Source: Candidatus Bathyarchaeia archaeon (GTDB taxonomy: Archaea > Thermoproteota > Bathyarchaeia > Bathyarchaeales > Bathycorpusculaceae). From it: a DNA stretch of 45,753 nucleotides. Each line of letters starts with the position of its first letter. The first letter of the stretch is position 1. Location of the stretch: NCBI GenBank assembly GCA_041500425.1, contig JBGQME010000016.1, positions 1-45,753 on the forward strand. The letters are read 5' to 3'. The notes below the pieces were generated by a model. That model was not told the DNA's origin. It searched no databases and saw only the letters and a list, made by a program, of their open reading frames with translations. Below, piece after piece: positions 1 through 9,185 of the stretch. The translations under genes were made by a program, and so were the position numbers.

Positions 1-717
1 CTTGTCGATAATCTCTACGTCAAGTTCAGGGTTGTTTGCGTCGACGATTACTAACCCCTTAATGGTGTTATCACCCCACAGATTTGGCGGGATCATTGTA
101 ACCACCCAAACTAGGCGACCCTTGTATATGGTTATGTGTGCAGATCCGACCCTTACGCTTCCAAAATGTGCGGCGCTTCTCAATGCGATGCTTTTCGCCA
201 GATCCTCGGTCGTCAGCCGTAGCATATTGTTGGGAATTTCGTGCTGGAACAGAGGTGTTCCCGCGGGTTCGAACGTCAGCATCTGGTTGAAAGCACTTGC
301 GTTGTTGACTCCTGACGCGGCTTGGGTTTGCCACAGCATAACGGCTGAAAAAATGACTATGGCAATCATTGCAGAGGCGGCCAGCCATCTGTACTCTTCC
401 TTTCCGTTCCCTCGTCCAAACATCGACCTGATTCTTCTGTTCTCGTATTTCTCGTACATGGGTCGTTTTTCGTGGTCGGATAACCTGTAGATGTTCGTGT
501 ACGCGAACAGCCACTCTGCTGAGGTTATGAACAGTTTGAAGAATGTGAGCCAGAGAATCATGTAGACATCGATGGTGACAGCTGCGATGGCAATGAATCC
601 GAATAGCGCGCCAAGAATGCCAAGTAGCAGGTATCGCCACTTGTTTCTGATCCAGTGCCCAGCCACAGGAAACACGAACACTATTATCCATGCCAGCCAC
701 CATATCAATGGAAACAT
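1..717 (-). CDS. Membrane-anchored hypothetical protein; 3' end of gene lies beyond window start.
   Basis: I translated the reverse strand by hand. ATG at 717..715, then MFPLIWWLAWIIVFVFPVAGHW... (two N-terminal TM helices), a Lys/Arg-rich linker, a third hydrophobic helix WLAASAMIAIVIFSAVMLW, then a soluble domain. The frame stays open to position 1, so the track missed it for lack of a stop. A GGAG Shine-Dalgarno sits about 12 nt upstream and a TATA-like tatatat is further up. Track ORFs 2..490(+) and 71..703(-) are the other frames of this gene. Confidence 0.6.
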   Translation of the reverse strand, partial: MFPLIWWLAWIIVFVFPVAGHWIRNKWRYLLLGILGALFGFIAIAAVTIDVYMILWLTFFKLFITSAEWLFAYTNIYRLSDHEKRPMYEKYENRRIRSMFGRGNGKEEYRWLAASAMIAIVIFSAVMLWQTQAASGVNNASAFNQMLTFEPAGTPLFQHEIPNNMLRLTTEDLAKSIALRSAAHFGSVRVGSAHITIYKGRLVWVVTMIPPNLWGDNTIKGLVIVDANNPELDVEIIDK

Positions 718-1078
718 TCTCTCTTCATCTCCTTTTGTTTTGATTTTTGACTTGAGTGCGGGTTATTTAATAATTAGATATTGCGACCTAATATATACTG
801 TAGCGCGCTAGACTGAAATAGTGTCCTTAGTTTATTTACGGCTTGAGCAACTCCCATAAGCAAAACTGGGGAAAAGTGGAGATGCACGGAATTTTCTCAA
901 ACTAAAATCAACATTATCAGTGAAGCTGCAGGTTAAGAATATGAGAGTTTGAAAATGTGCCATCATTCCTAACGTTTTTACTAGTAAACGCGTGCTCCGA
1001 TTTTAACCATGCTTTCAGAAGTGCTCAAATTAAGCTCTTTTGACTAAGATAAACCAGAGATGAGTTTGATTTTGTTGG

Positions 1079-1174
1079 TGCTCCGGCCGGGATTTGGACC
1101 CGGGTCCGCGACTTTCTTCCACCCTTTTTGGTGTCGAGAGGCCGCTATACTTGACCGGACTATACTACCGGAGC
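1079..1174 (-). tRNA. tRNA-Glu (anticodon CUC) with a 21-nt intron at the canonical 37/38 position; CCA is encoded (through 1076).
   Basis: Reverse complement folds by hand as GCTCCGG-TA-GTAT-AGTCCGGTCAA-GTAT-A-GCGGC-CTCTCG|ACACCAAAAAGGGTGGAAGAA|A-GTCGC-GGAC-CCGGG-TCCAAAT-CCCGG-CCGGAGC-A-CCA. The acceptor stem is 7 bp, the anticodon stem is 5 bp (one G-U), and the loop is C-U-CUC-G-A. The intron lies at forward 1114..1134. The exons are near-identical to the intron-less tRNA-Glu at 20043..20117. Confidence 0.85.
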
Positions 1175-1307
1175 ACTGAACTAGTTTACTATTTTCGCTT
1201 GCGGTATATCTTTATTCCGTCGCGTTCTGTTACGTATTCAAAGCCTGTTCCTATCAGTTTGTCTTCCCTGAATGCTTTGGCTGTCTTGCAGAGGCTCACT
1301 GGTTAGT

Positions 1308-1796
1308 CTAATAGATGAAGGGAATCAGCTTCTTGGTCTTTTTCATGTATTCGCGATATTCATCTCCGAATTTCTCGATAAGCATTTTCTCCTCGATTCC
1401 TATTCTGTATAGGAAGAAAGGAATGATTGCTAGCATCAAGAAGAAGCCGTACAAGCTCGAGAAACAAAGCGGGATGGCTGGGGTGTATATGAACGCAGCG
1501 AGGGTAATTGGGTGACGGATGTGCTTGTAGACGCCATGTTTGATGAGCTTCTGGTCCTGCAAAGTTCTTAGACCATACGAATAGTATTCTCCTAGCGTCC
1601 ACTTTCCCACTTGACGCAGAATCGTGCCCGTCACAAAGAGAAACAATCCGACGGCGTTCAGCAGTCCAAAACTGTAAATCATTTTCTGCAGCTCGATGAA
1701 ATCCCAAGCCGTCAGAAGCAACGCTAGGACAAAAACCAACGTCGTTGAAATGATAAAAGCCCAATCTGTTCTTAGGGTCCGAAATGACAGCTTCAA
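1308..1796 (-). CDS. Isoprenylcysteine carboxyl methyltransferase / phospholipid methyltransferase family membrane protein.
   Basis: 162 aa with several TM helices. The C-terminal motif HGVYKHIRHP...EE..L...FGDEYREY is the signature of the ICMT/PEMT family. Confidence 0.75.
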   Translation of the reverse strand: MKLSFRTLRTDWAFIISTTLVFVLALLLTAWDFIELQKMIYSFGLLNAVGLFLFVTGTILRQVGKWTLGEYYSYGLRTLQDQKLIKHGVYKHIRHPITLAAFIYTPAIPLCFSSLYGFFLMLAIIPFFLYRIGIEEKMLIEKFGDEYREYMKKTKKLIPFIY

Positions 1797-1900
1797 CGAT
1801 ACAACTCCTGTAAACTCTGGCTCTTGTCGGTTATTGCGTAGGAGGCAGAGCGATAAAAACGTGCAAAATGGGAATACTCGTAGCGCATGTGATCAGCGTG

Positions 1901-2560
1901 CTAGTTTGTTTTTGTTGCTGATATAACCTCAGCAAAAAAGCACTGCTTAACGTCAACGATCCGAAAATTGGATCTTCGAAGAATTCTGTCCCAATCATAT
2001 TCCAGAAAAGAGAAGATGTGTTTTGGCTCGAAAACTCGTAGGTACAATGAGAAGAACAGGTTTATCCATGGTCCGCCCTGACGTGCATAATCCATTATGA
2101 GCAGCTTGCCACCTTCTCTCAACACGCGGTTTAACTCTTTCAATACAACCGTCATCGAATCGCCTCTCAACTCGTGCAGTCCAAAGGAAATCATAGCAAC
2201 GTCAAAAGATCCATCTTGAAACTGCATGTTTGCAGCGTCCATCTGTCTGAGCGAAATGTTTCGAATGCGTCGTCTTCGAATTTTCTCTTGGGCAAGGGTG
2301 AGCATGTTCAACGATAAGTCTATGCCTGTAATCTTGTTTCGTGGGTTGACTTCGGCGACGGTTATCGAGCCGATGGCAGTTCCAGTGCATGCGTCTAAGA
2401 CGGTTAGAGGTTCATTTAGTATTCTGTGTGCAAGGGCAAGTCTGGGGTTTGTTCTCTTATCAAAGATGAAAGGTAAATCAAACAAGTCATAGAAGTAGGC
2501 AAACAATCTAAGCTTCAGCTTGATCCGTCGCTCATGATTCCTACTTGGCAAGTCGCCCAT
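1901..2560 (-). CDS. Class I SAM-dependent methyltransferase (UbiE/COQ5-like).
   Basis: 219 aa. Motif I is VLDACTGTA. A post-I acidic residue is present (GIDLS), and FDVAMISFGLHEL matches motif II/III of Rossmann methyltransferases. Confidence 0.8.
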   Translation of the reverse strand: MGDLPSRNHERRIKLKLRLFAYFYDLFDLPFIFDKRTNPRLALAHRILNEPLTVLDACTGTAIGSITVAEVNPRNKITGIDLSLNMLTLAQEKIRRRRIRNISLRQMDAANMQFQDGSFDVAMISFGLHELRGDSMTVVLKELNRVLREGGKLLIMDYARQGGPWINLFFSLYLRVFEPKHIFSFLEYDWDRILRRSNFRIVDVKQCFFAEVISATKTN

Positions 2561-2880
2561 TTGTGTTCCGCATTATGACTTGTTCGGGGTCACTTATTGG
2601 ACTTACCACTGCCTCAAAGCATGTTTTCAAAGGGAAAATGACTAGAGGTCTTAGAATCTCAGCGCGCGAATTAAAACAGTGCAAACCACATTTCGTGAAA
2701 TTTGATGAGACAGTCCAATCTCCTGAAACTTGAGCTTAAGCGGGAATACGGGAGAAATCGCCAGAATCGTGTCAAGTGACCGGACTATACCGCTGGAGTA
2801 GCTAGATGTAGAATGTCGTTTCGGCTCTGAATTTGATGGTTTGAAAACAATATGATTATAAGAAAAAAGCTGGGGTACTT

Positions 2881-4530
2881 TTAGTCTTCTTCGCCTTCAG
2901 ATCCGCCTGGTGTCTTTCCGCCCGGTCCTTCTTTTGGTTTTGTGGCTGCTATCACGTCGTCTATGCGCAGTATCATTGCCGCGGATTCAGCTGCTGAATT
3001 GATGGCTTGTTCCTTAACCACGACTGGTTCGACTACGCCCTTGTCCTTCATGTTCTCGATTTTTCCAGTGAAGACGTTTACTCCCTTGTATTGGCCATCT
3101 TGCTTCTCATGCGCAGCTCTGAGGTCTACGATTATGTCTATGGCTTCAAATCCCGCGTTCTCGGCTAATGTCTTGGGTATTATCTCCACGGCGTCTGCGA
3201 ACGCTTCCACGGCCATTTGCTCTCTTCCGCCAACTTTGGTGGCGTAGCTTCGCAGTTCCCTGGCAATCTCGACTTCCACTGCGCCGCCGCCTGCGACTAT
3301 CTTGTTGTTTTCTATCACGTCTGAAACCACCGATAGGGCGTCAGTCATTGCTCTCTCAGCTTCGTCCACCATTCTCTCAAGTCCTGCACGTATCAGAATG
3401 GCTACAGATCGTGGGTCCTTGCATTTTTCAACGAAAATCATCTTGTCGTCGCCTATCTTGCGTTCTTCAACGATACCTGCCTCCCCAAGGTCTTTCACTA
3501 AAAGATCTGTCAGATCTGACACTATCCTTCCACCTGTTGCTCTCGCCAGCTTTTCCATGTCAGACTCCTTGACTCTTCTTGCCGCCAGTATGCCTTCTTT
3601 GGCTAAGAAATGTTGCGCCATGTCATCTATGCCCTTCTGGCAGAAAACAACGTTCGCACCTGACCTCTTGATCTTTCCAACCATTTCCTCCAGCATCTTG
3701 CTCTCTTGGTCTAGGAAGGCTTTCATCATCAACGGGTCGCGAATGCGGATTTCCGCGCTGATTTCTGTCTTTTCAATCTCAAGGGCGCAATCCAGTAGGG
3801 CTATTTTGGCTTTCTCCATCTTCAGAGGCATGCCAGAGTGCACGACTTCTTTGTCAATTATTACGCCTTTGACTAGCTGGGATTCGAAGAGGCTTTTTCC
3901 TGTTTTCTTTATTAGTTGGATGTTGTCAATGTCTGCCAGCATTTTGTCTCCGCGTTGTTCCGCTATCTGCCTGACAGCGTCTATCGCCATTTCTGCCAAG
4001 TGCTCTTTTGCTGAACCTACTGCCTTGCTTCCCATTGACGTTATTGCCACTTTCTTGAGTGTGTTCCGATCATCAATTTCCACGGGTATTGAGTTTTTGT
4101 TTATGACTTCTATCGCCTTTTGTGCTGCTTTGCGGTAGCCGCTTGCGAGTATGGTTGGGTGGATGTTCTGGTCTAACAGTTCTTCTGCCCTCTTCAGCAA
4201 CTCGCCTGCCAAGACTACGGCTGTGGTTGTTCCGTCGCCTACCATGGCGTCTTGTGTTTTTGCGATTTCTACCATCATCTTTGCAGCTGGGTGTTCAACT
4301 TCAATCTCGTCCAGAATTGCTGCTCCGTCATTGGTTATGGTTATGTCTCCAAGGCTGTCGACGAGCATCTTGTCCATGCCGCGTGGTCCCAATGTGGATT
4401 TTAGAACCTCGCCTACTACGCGTGCAGCCATTATGTTGTTTCTTTGAGCTTCTTTTCCTCTGTTTCTGCTTGTTCCTTCCTTAAGAATTAGGACTGGTTG
4501 TCCCGATGCGGTTGTCGTCAAATATGCCAT
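2881..4530 (-). CDS. ths: Thermosome subunit (group II chaperonin).
   Basis: 549 aa. Contains [18 protein letters not shown]...[10 protein letters not shown]...ITNDGATIL, the GDGTTT ATP-binding motif, and a Gly/Glu-rich C-terminal tail. These are hallmark thermosome/CCT sequences. Confidence 0.95.
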   Translation of the reverse strand: MAYLTTTASGQPVLILKEGTSRNRGKEAQRNNIMAARVVGEVLKSTLGPRGMDKMLVDSLGDITITNDGAAILDEIEVEHPAAKMMVEIAKTQDAMVGDGTTTAVVLAGELLKRAEELLDQNIHPTILASGYRKAAQKAIEVINKNSIPVEIDDRNTLKKVAITSMGSKAVGSAKEHLAEMAIDAVRQIAEQRGDKMLADIDNIQLIKKTGKSLFESQLVKGVIIDKEVVHSGMPLKMEKAKIALLDCALEIEKTEISAEIRIRDPLMMKAFLDQESKMLEEMVGKIKRSGANVVFCQKGIDDMAQHFLAKEGILAARRVKESDMEKLARATGGRIVSDLTDLLVKDLGEAGIVEERKIGDDKMIFVEKCKDPRSVAILIRAGLERMVDEAERAMTDALSVVSDVIENNKIVAGGGAVEVEIARELRSYATKVGGREQMAVEAFADAVEIIPKTLAENAGFEAIDIIVDLRAAHEKQDGQYKGVNVFTGKIENMKDKGVVEPVVVKEQAINSAAESAAMILRIDDVIAATKPKEGPGGKTPGGSEGEED

Positions 4531-4619
4531 ACAAACCCTCCATTTTTAACTAGGATCTCTATTAATCGTAATAAAGCAAAAGGCTCAAAAATATAAACTT
4601 TTAGCTTAGCCCAATCAAG

Positions 4620-4979
4620 TTGAATATCCGAATGCGTAACAGTTTAAATTCTGGCGTCTGCCTTTCTGTAAATGGGGTTTCAGCCTTGCAGGTTTCCGTG
4701 CGGTTCTTCACAACCCTAAGAGAAGTGACAGGAAAAAGAGAAGAACCCCTAAGATTCAAAGACAACAAAACCATAACCGTCAACACAGTTCTTGGCATTC
4801 TAGCCAAACGGTACGGCAAGAGTTTCTTTGACTATGTTTATGATCGCAAAACTGGCGACGTTAAGGGTTTTCTTCAGTTTCTGATCAATGGCAGAAGTGC
4901 GTCAACATCAGACAGGTTGGAAACGAAGCTTGTCGATGGCGATGTGCTAGCGATTATACCGCCTGTTGGCGGCGGCTAG
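4620..4979 (+). CDS. MoaD/ThiS-family ubiquitin-like small protein (SAMP-like) with C-terminal Gly-Gly.
   Basis: The C-terminal portion ...VSVRFFTTLREVTGKREEPL...FLINGRS...LVDGDVLAIIPPVGGG matches the MoaD/SAMP beta-grasp consensus and ends in GG. The true start is probably an internal TTG/GTG near 4700, because the first 25 codons look non-conserved. Confidence 0.75.
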   Translation: MNIRMRNSLNSGVCLSVNGVSALQVSVRFFTTLREVTGKREEPLRFKDNKTITVNTVLGILAKRYGKSFFDYVYDRKTGDVKGFLQFLINGRSASTSDRLETKLVDGDVLAIIPPVGGG

Positions 4980-5021
4980 CATCATGGGAAAATGGATGTT
5001 TGAAGAAAACGAAGATAGGGA

Positions 5022-6071
5022 ATGTACGTTTTCTTTCGTGAAGGCAAAGCTTTTCTGTTTTCGCCCACATCCTACAACAAGGTCCCAATCATGAGTTCTC
5101 TCGGAAATCTTCTATACCTTTCACGAGCCGATATAGAGAGACTGAACATTTCTATGAAAGAGGTCATTAGAGCTGTTGAGAAAGCCTTCCTAGAAAAGGC
5201 TGAAGGCAAAGCAGAAGCACCGCCCAAACCTGGAATTCATCCCCGAAAAGACGCTTTCATTCATGCTATGCCTGCCTATTTGCCTAGAATGAAGTCTGCT
5301 GGCCTGAAATGGGTGAGCGGGTTCCCAGAAAACCCCAAACGTGGCTTGCCATATATTTCAGGCTTGCTAATATTGAATGACACGGAGACTGGGTTTCCGG
5401 TCTGCGTTATGGATTGCACCTGGGTTACAGCCAAGCGGACAGGAGCAGCCACAGCAGTTGCAGCAAAGTACCTGGCCAAAGAAGACTCGAAGACCTTTGG
5501 CATTCTCGGATGCGGTGCTCAGGGCAAAAGCAACCTTGAAGCCTTAACAGTTATGTTCAAGGGCTCAGAAGAGGTCAGGGCTTACGACGTTAGCAAGGAG
5601 AACTTGCAGGAATATGTCAAAGAGATGACTGCTAAGTATGGCTTGAAGGTTGTTCCCGTCAGCTCGCCCCGGAAAGCTGTGAAGAACTGCGACATCGTAG
5701 TCACTGCAGGCCCAATATTGAAGAGCCCGCAGCCCGTAATCGAGGCTTCATGGTTTGAAGAAGGCGGGTTTGCGTGCCCAATCGATTTCGACTCGTACTG
5801 GAAACCAGAAGCCATGCACTCAATGGACAAGTTCTGCACGGACGACCGAGAACAACTCGGATACTACAAGACGCAAGGATACTTTTCCGACATTCCAAAG
5901 GTTTATGCGGAGTTGAGCGAAATCATCAGCGGCAAGAAGAAAGGACGAGAAAACCCAGAAGAGCGAATAATGTCAATGAACCTCGGGCTCGCCATAGAAG
6001 ACATGGCAACAGCCGGACTGATCTTCGCCAAAGCAAAGAAAACAGCAGTAGGAACGATGCTTCCACTGTGA
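5022..6071 (+). CDS. Ornithine cyclodeaminase / mu-crystallin family protein (archaeal alanine-dehydrogenase-like).
   Basis: 349 aa. Rossmann motif GILGCGAQG. The fold pattern NDTETG...TAKRTGA...VVTAGP is typical of the OCD/mu-crystallin family. The start is likely the internal Met MSSLGNLL near 5091. Confidence 0.85.
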   Translation: MYVFFREGKAFLFSPTSYNKVPIMSSLGNLLYLSRADIERLNISMKEVIRAVEKAFLEKAEGKAEAPPKPGIHPRKDAFIHAMPAYLPRMKSAGLKWVSGFPENPKRGLPYISGLLILNDTETGFPVCVMDCTWVTAKRTGAATAVAAKYLAKEDSKTFGILGCGAQGKSNLEALTVMFKGSEEVRAYDVSKENLQEYVKEMTAKYGLKVVPVSSPRKAVKNCDIVVTAGPILKSPQPVIEASWFEEGGFACPIDFDSYWKPEAMHSMDKFCTDDREQLGYYKTQGYFSDIPKVYAELSEIISGKKKGRENPEERIMSMNLGLAIEDMATAGLIFAKAKKTAVGTMLPL

Positions 6072-6077
6072 GGCGGC

Positions 6078-6085
6078 TTTTTTTC
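6078..6085 (+). terminator. Oligo-T run immediately after the OCD-family gene stop.
   Basis: ggcggc followed by T8 (cttttttt) directly after the TGA at 6069-6071. Archaeal termination typically uses oligo-T. Confidence 0.35.
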
Positions 6086-6474
6086 AAGCCTACGTTGAAG
6101 CTATATATACGCTCAGCTTCTGTTAGGAACCTGCTACTGTTTTGCATGGGTATTGCACTGTTTTTCGACCAATACAGACCCTACCCCCTAGGTTTTTTGT
6201 CGGAAAATCCTATCCTGTCTAGGCACCTTACCTTGTTGGCACCGCTTTTCTCCTAGTGTTTTCAGAACCAGCCTTCTAAGCGCCCCATACCCGCTATAAT
6301 GGTAGGGCCTTCTCGGAGCAAGCCTCAGAGTCCACGATATATCCAGAAAATGTCAGCAGTTCACTGCGGAAACCTGCACCAACCCAAACCGAACCTCTTA
6401 GATGATTTTCCAGTTCATGGGACTAGTGACTTCGAAAAAAGAGAAGGTGAGTGAGAGCTTTGTTTAGGTTGTGG

Positions 6475-6639
6475 CTATATTTTTCTTTTGTTTAAGACTG
6501 ATCTGAAGGATTTTCCACAGCACTCGTAAAGCCCAATCGTAAGTTCTGTTCTCTTGCCACTCTTGTCCTTTCTTCCAGCCATCTTCCAAGTCTTCTTAGG
6601 AGTACTCACTTCTTTCTTACACTTGGGACACTTAGCCAT
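6475..6639 (-). CDS. Cren7-like small basic chromatin protein (54 aa). Not in the ORF track because it is under 60 aa.
   Basis: Hand translation gives MAKCPKCKKEVSTPKKTWKMAGRKDKSGKRTELTIGLYECCGKSFRSVLNKRKI. The core K.W....GRK....IGL[FY]....GK.FR aligns with the Cren7 SH3-like fold (Cren7: [32 protein letters not shown]). It is highly basic. A TATA-like TTTTATC sits about 35 nt upstream and an A-run follows the stop. Confidence 0.5.
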   Translation of the reverse strand: MAKCPKCKKEVSTPKKTWKMAGRKDKSGKRTELTIGLYECCGKSFRSVLNKRKI

Positions 6640-6673
6640 AACGTTCCCTTTTCAAAAGATTACATGCTATGAA

Positions 6674-6681
6674 GATAAAAG
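6674..6681 (-). promoter_or_regulatory. TATA-box-like element upstream of the Cren7-like gene.
   Basis: Reverse strand reads AAAAATCTTTTATCTTCAT about 35 nt upstream of the ATG at 6639. Confidence 0.3.
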
Positions 6682-7037
6682 ATTTTTCATGCTTTGCATA
6701 GTTCACAGGCATTTCATGCGGCCCCTAGAAAGAATTCGGATAAAACGAATCAGCTAGGCGCTCTGTTCACACTTTGCGTCTTCTTGTAGACTATGACTGC
6801 CAGTAGTGTCGCTGTCACGAGTAATGCATAGGTTCTGTTTTTTCATTCTTGAGAACGCAGTTTCTTGCTGAGTTCGAGAAATGGTTTCAATACAAAGATG
6901 TAACTGAAGATGGTGAACAACGCATACATAATCCCTGATGCTAAGGCTTTCGAAAAGATTCTAGGTAGTCATAGAAGTTTACGATCGAACCACAGTGAAA
7001 CTTGCCCATACTTCATAACGGCATCAAGACCTAAATG

Positions 7038-7045
7038 TTTATTAC
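7038..7045 (+). promoter_or_regulatory. TATA-like element upstream of the L3 operon.
   Basis: TTTATTAC lies about 41 nt upstream of the rpl3 ATG (7086), in an AT-rich stretch. Confidence 0.3.
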
Positions 7046-7085
7046 TCATTGTTCTCATTCCTAGAAGACGCGAAGCGGAAAAACA

Positions 7086-8099
7086 ATGGGACACAGAAAA
7101 ACACACGCGCCCAGACACGGTTCACTCGCATACTTACCTAAACAGCGCGCTAAACGTCTAGTTGCCAGAATCCGCTTCTGGCCAAAAATACAGGCTGAAA
7201 CGCCTAGACTTCTCGGTTTCACAGCCTATAAGGCTGGAATGACTCATGTCTTCAGGATAGAAGACCGTAAACGTTCACCAAACTTTGGAAAAGAGGTAAT
7301 GAGTTCAGCAACGATCCTGGAAACACCCCCAATAATCGTATGCGCCATAAGAGCCTACAACAAAGACATCTATGGACTGCATGCCCTGTCGGAGGCCTGG
7401 ATGAAGGATCCACCAGACGATCTTGAAAGAGTATTAACACTCCCGGAAAACTTCAACCCAGATGAAAGCATCAAGAAAATCGAGGAAAATTTGGCAAATG
7501 TGGCAAAACTGCGCGTCATCGCAATAACGCAGCCAAAGCAAACTAGTGTACCTAAGAAAAAACCCGACATCGCAGAAATAGAAGTCGGCGGCGGCACAAC
7601 CCAACAACAGTTTGAATACGCGAAATCTCTGCTAGGAAAGTCAATCACGCCCACAGAACTGTTCAAAGACGGCCAATACATAGACGCAATAGCCGTCTCA
7701 ACAGGAAAAGGCTTCCAAGGACCCGTAAAACGCTGGGGAGTAACCATACTCCAAGCAAAAGGACGAAAAACAAAACGAGGCGTAGCCACCCTCGGACCAT
7801 GGAACCCGCATCACGTGATGTACAGCGTTGCAAGAGCCGGACAAATGGGATACCACCAGAGAACTGAACGCAACAAACGCATCCTCAAAATAGGAGCCGA
7901 CGGCAAAGAAGTAACCCCAAAAGGCGGCTTCATAAGATACGGTGAAGTCCGCGGCTCCTATATGCTGTTGGAAGGAAGCATCGCAGGCACAGAAAAACGC
8001 CCAATAAGATTACGCTACCCATCACGACCGCCAAGAAACGTTGCAGAAGAACCACCCCAAATCACCCACATATCCCTCGAATCCCCCCAAGGAAAATAG
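7086..8099 (+). CDS. rpl3: 50S ribosomal protein L3 (uL3).
   Basis: MGHRKTHAPRHGSLAYLPKQRAKR... is a typical archaeal uL3 N-terminus. 337 aa. Confidence 0.95.
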   Translation: MGHRKTHAPRHGSLAYLPKQRAKRLVARIRFWPKIQAETPRLLGFTAYKAGMTHVFRIEDRKRSPNFGKEVMSSATILETPPIIVCAIRAYNKDIYGLHALSEAWMKDPPDDLERVLTLPENFNPDESIKKIEENLANVAKLRVIAITQPKQTSVPKKKPDIAEIEVGGGTTQQQFEYAKSLLGKSITPTELFKDGQYIDAIAVSTGKGFQGPVKRWGVTILQAKGRKTKRGVATLGPWNPHHVMYSVARAGQMGYHQRTERNKRILKIGADGKEVTPKGGFIRYGEVRGSYMLLEGSIAGTEKRPIRLRYPSRPPRNVAEEPPQITHISLESPQGK

Positions 8100-8112
8100 T
8101 CGGTGAAAACAA

Positions 8113-8904
8113 GTGGCAAAAAGAACAGCCAAGATCTTCAATCTCGAGGGAAAAGCCATCGGAAAGATCGAACTGCCACCCGTTTTTGGCACACCACTCA
8201 GACCGGACGTCATAAAGCGCGCCGTCCTCGCAATACAATCTACAAGATTCCAACCCCAAGGCAGAGACCCGATGGCTGGCAAAAGAACAACCGCGGAATC
8301 CCGAGGCACAGGCTTGGGCACAGCAAGAATACCAAGACAAAAGAACCCCGGAGGAAAAGCAGCATTTGCGCCTGGAACAGTTCACGGAAGAGCGGGACAC
8401 CCACCAACTTCTGAAAAGAGAATCGTCAAAAAGATCCCAAGGAAAGAAAGGCGTCTTGCCTTGCGGTCAGCGATTGCCGCCACAGCATCCAAAGAACTCG
8501 TAACCTCAAGAGGGCACTCCATTGAAGATGTGCCAGAAATCCCATTAATAGTGTCAGACGACTTGGAAAAACTGAAGAAGACCAAGGAGGTAGAAGAAGC
8601 CCTCATACGACTAGGCGTCTTGTCAGACATTTACCGCGTAAAAGAAAGCCGAAAGATTCGACCTGGAAAGGGCAAGCGCCGAGGCAGGAAGATGAAGCAA
8701 GCGGTGGGCCCGCTGTTGGTGGTGGCTGAAAACAAGGGAATAATGGAGGCGGCGCAAAACATTCCAGGAGTCGACATTGCTGTGGTTGCCAACCTGAACG
8801 CGGAACTACTCGCACCGGGCGCCCGTCCGGGAAGGCTCACGATCTGGACAACCGGCGCCATAGGAAAACTAGACCAGCTTTATAGCGGAGAGGAACTTGC
8901 ATAA
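8113..8904 (+). CDS. rpl4: 50S ribosomal protein L4 (uL4).
   Basis: 263 aa with a GTG start. It follows L3 in the conserved order. Confidence 0.9.
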   Translation: MAKRTAKIFNLEGKAIGKIELPPVFGTPLRPDVIKRAVLAIQSTRFQPQGRDPMAGKRTTAESRGTGLGTARIPRQKNPGGKAAFAPGTVHGRAGHPPTSEKRIVKKIPRKERRLALRSAIAATASKELVTSRGHSIEDVPEIPLIVSDDLEKLKKTKEVEEALIRLGVLSDIYRVKESRKIRPGKGKRRGRKMKQAVGPLLVVAENKGIMEAAQNIPGVDIAVVANLNAELLAPGARPGRLTIWTTGAIGKLDQLYSGEELA

Positions 8905-9164
8905 TGGACCCCTACGACGTTATACTTTATCCTTTAATGACCGAATCCGCAAGCCTCATGGTCGAAAAAGAAAACAAACTAATCTTTATGGTTAGTCTCA
9001 AAGCAAGCAAGATCGACATCAAGAAGGCATTTGAAGAGCTATATGAAGTAAAGGTCAAGGAAATCAACACACTGGTCACGCCTCAAGGAGAAAAGAAGGC
9101 CTTCATCAAACTTCACCCAGACTTCAAAGCAACAGATGTAGCGATCAAACTTGGAATACTATAA
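8904..9164 (+). CDS. rpl23: 50S ribosomal protein L23 (uL23).
   Basis: 86 aa. The start overlaps the L4 stop. Conserved operon position. Confidence 0.9.
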   Translation: MDPYDVILYPLMTESASLMVEKENKLIFMVSLKASKIDIKKAFEELYEVKVKEINTLVTPQGEKKAFIKLHPDFKATDVAIKLGIL

Positions 9165-9185
9165 AATCACATGGAGAACTGAAAC

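Noticed and set aside
2-703. Track ORFs 2..490(+) and 71..703(-) at the left edge.
   Set aside because: Hand translation shows the real gene is the third minus-strand frame (1..717), with clean TM helices and an SD/TATA upstream. These two are out-of-frame shadows with no motif content.
1094-1306. ORF 1094..1306(+) overlapping the region of tRNA-Glu(CUC).
   Set aside because: It overlaps a well-folding tRNA on the other strand. It has low complexity and no start context.
2942-4484. Several long plus-strand ORFs (for example 3302..4138, 4122..4484) inside the thermosome gene.
   Set aside because: They are antisense to a high-confidence thermosome CDS. Ser/Leu/Arg-rich composition is typical of antisense frames.
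6072-6474. 400-bp gap after the OCD gene, searched for C/D-box sRNA, SRP RNA or other ncRNA (TATA-like gctatatata at 6100 and T-runs at 6160 and 6192).
   Set aside because: I found no exact C box (UGAUGA) / D box (CUGA) pairing and no recognisable SRP or RNase P motifs. A small transcript is possible, but I cannot support it from sequence alone.
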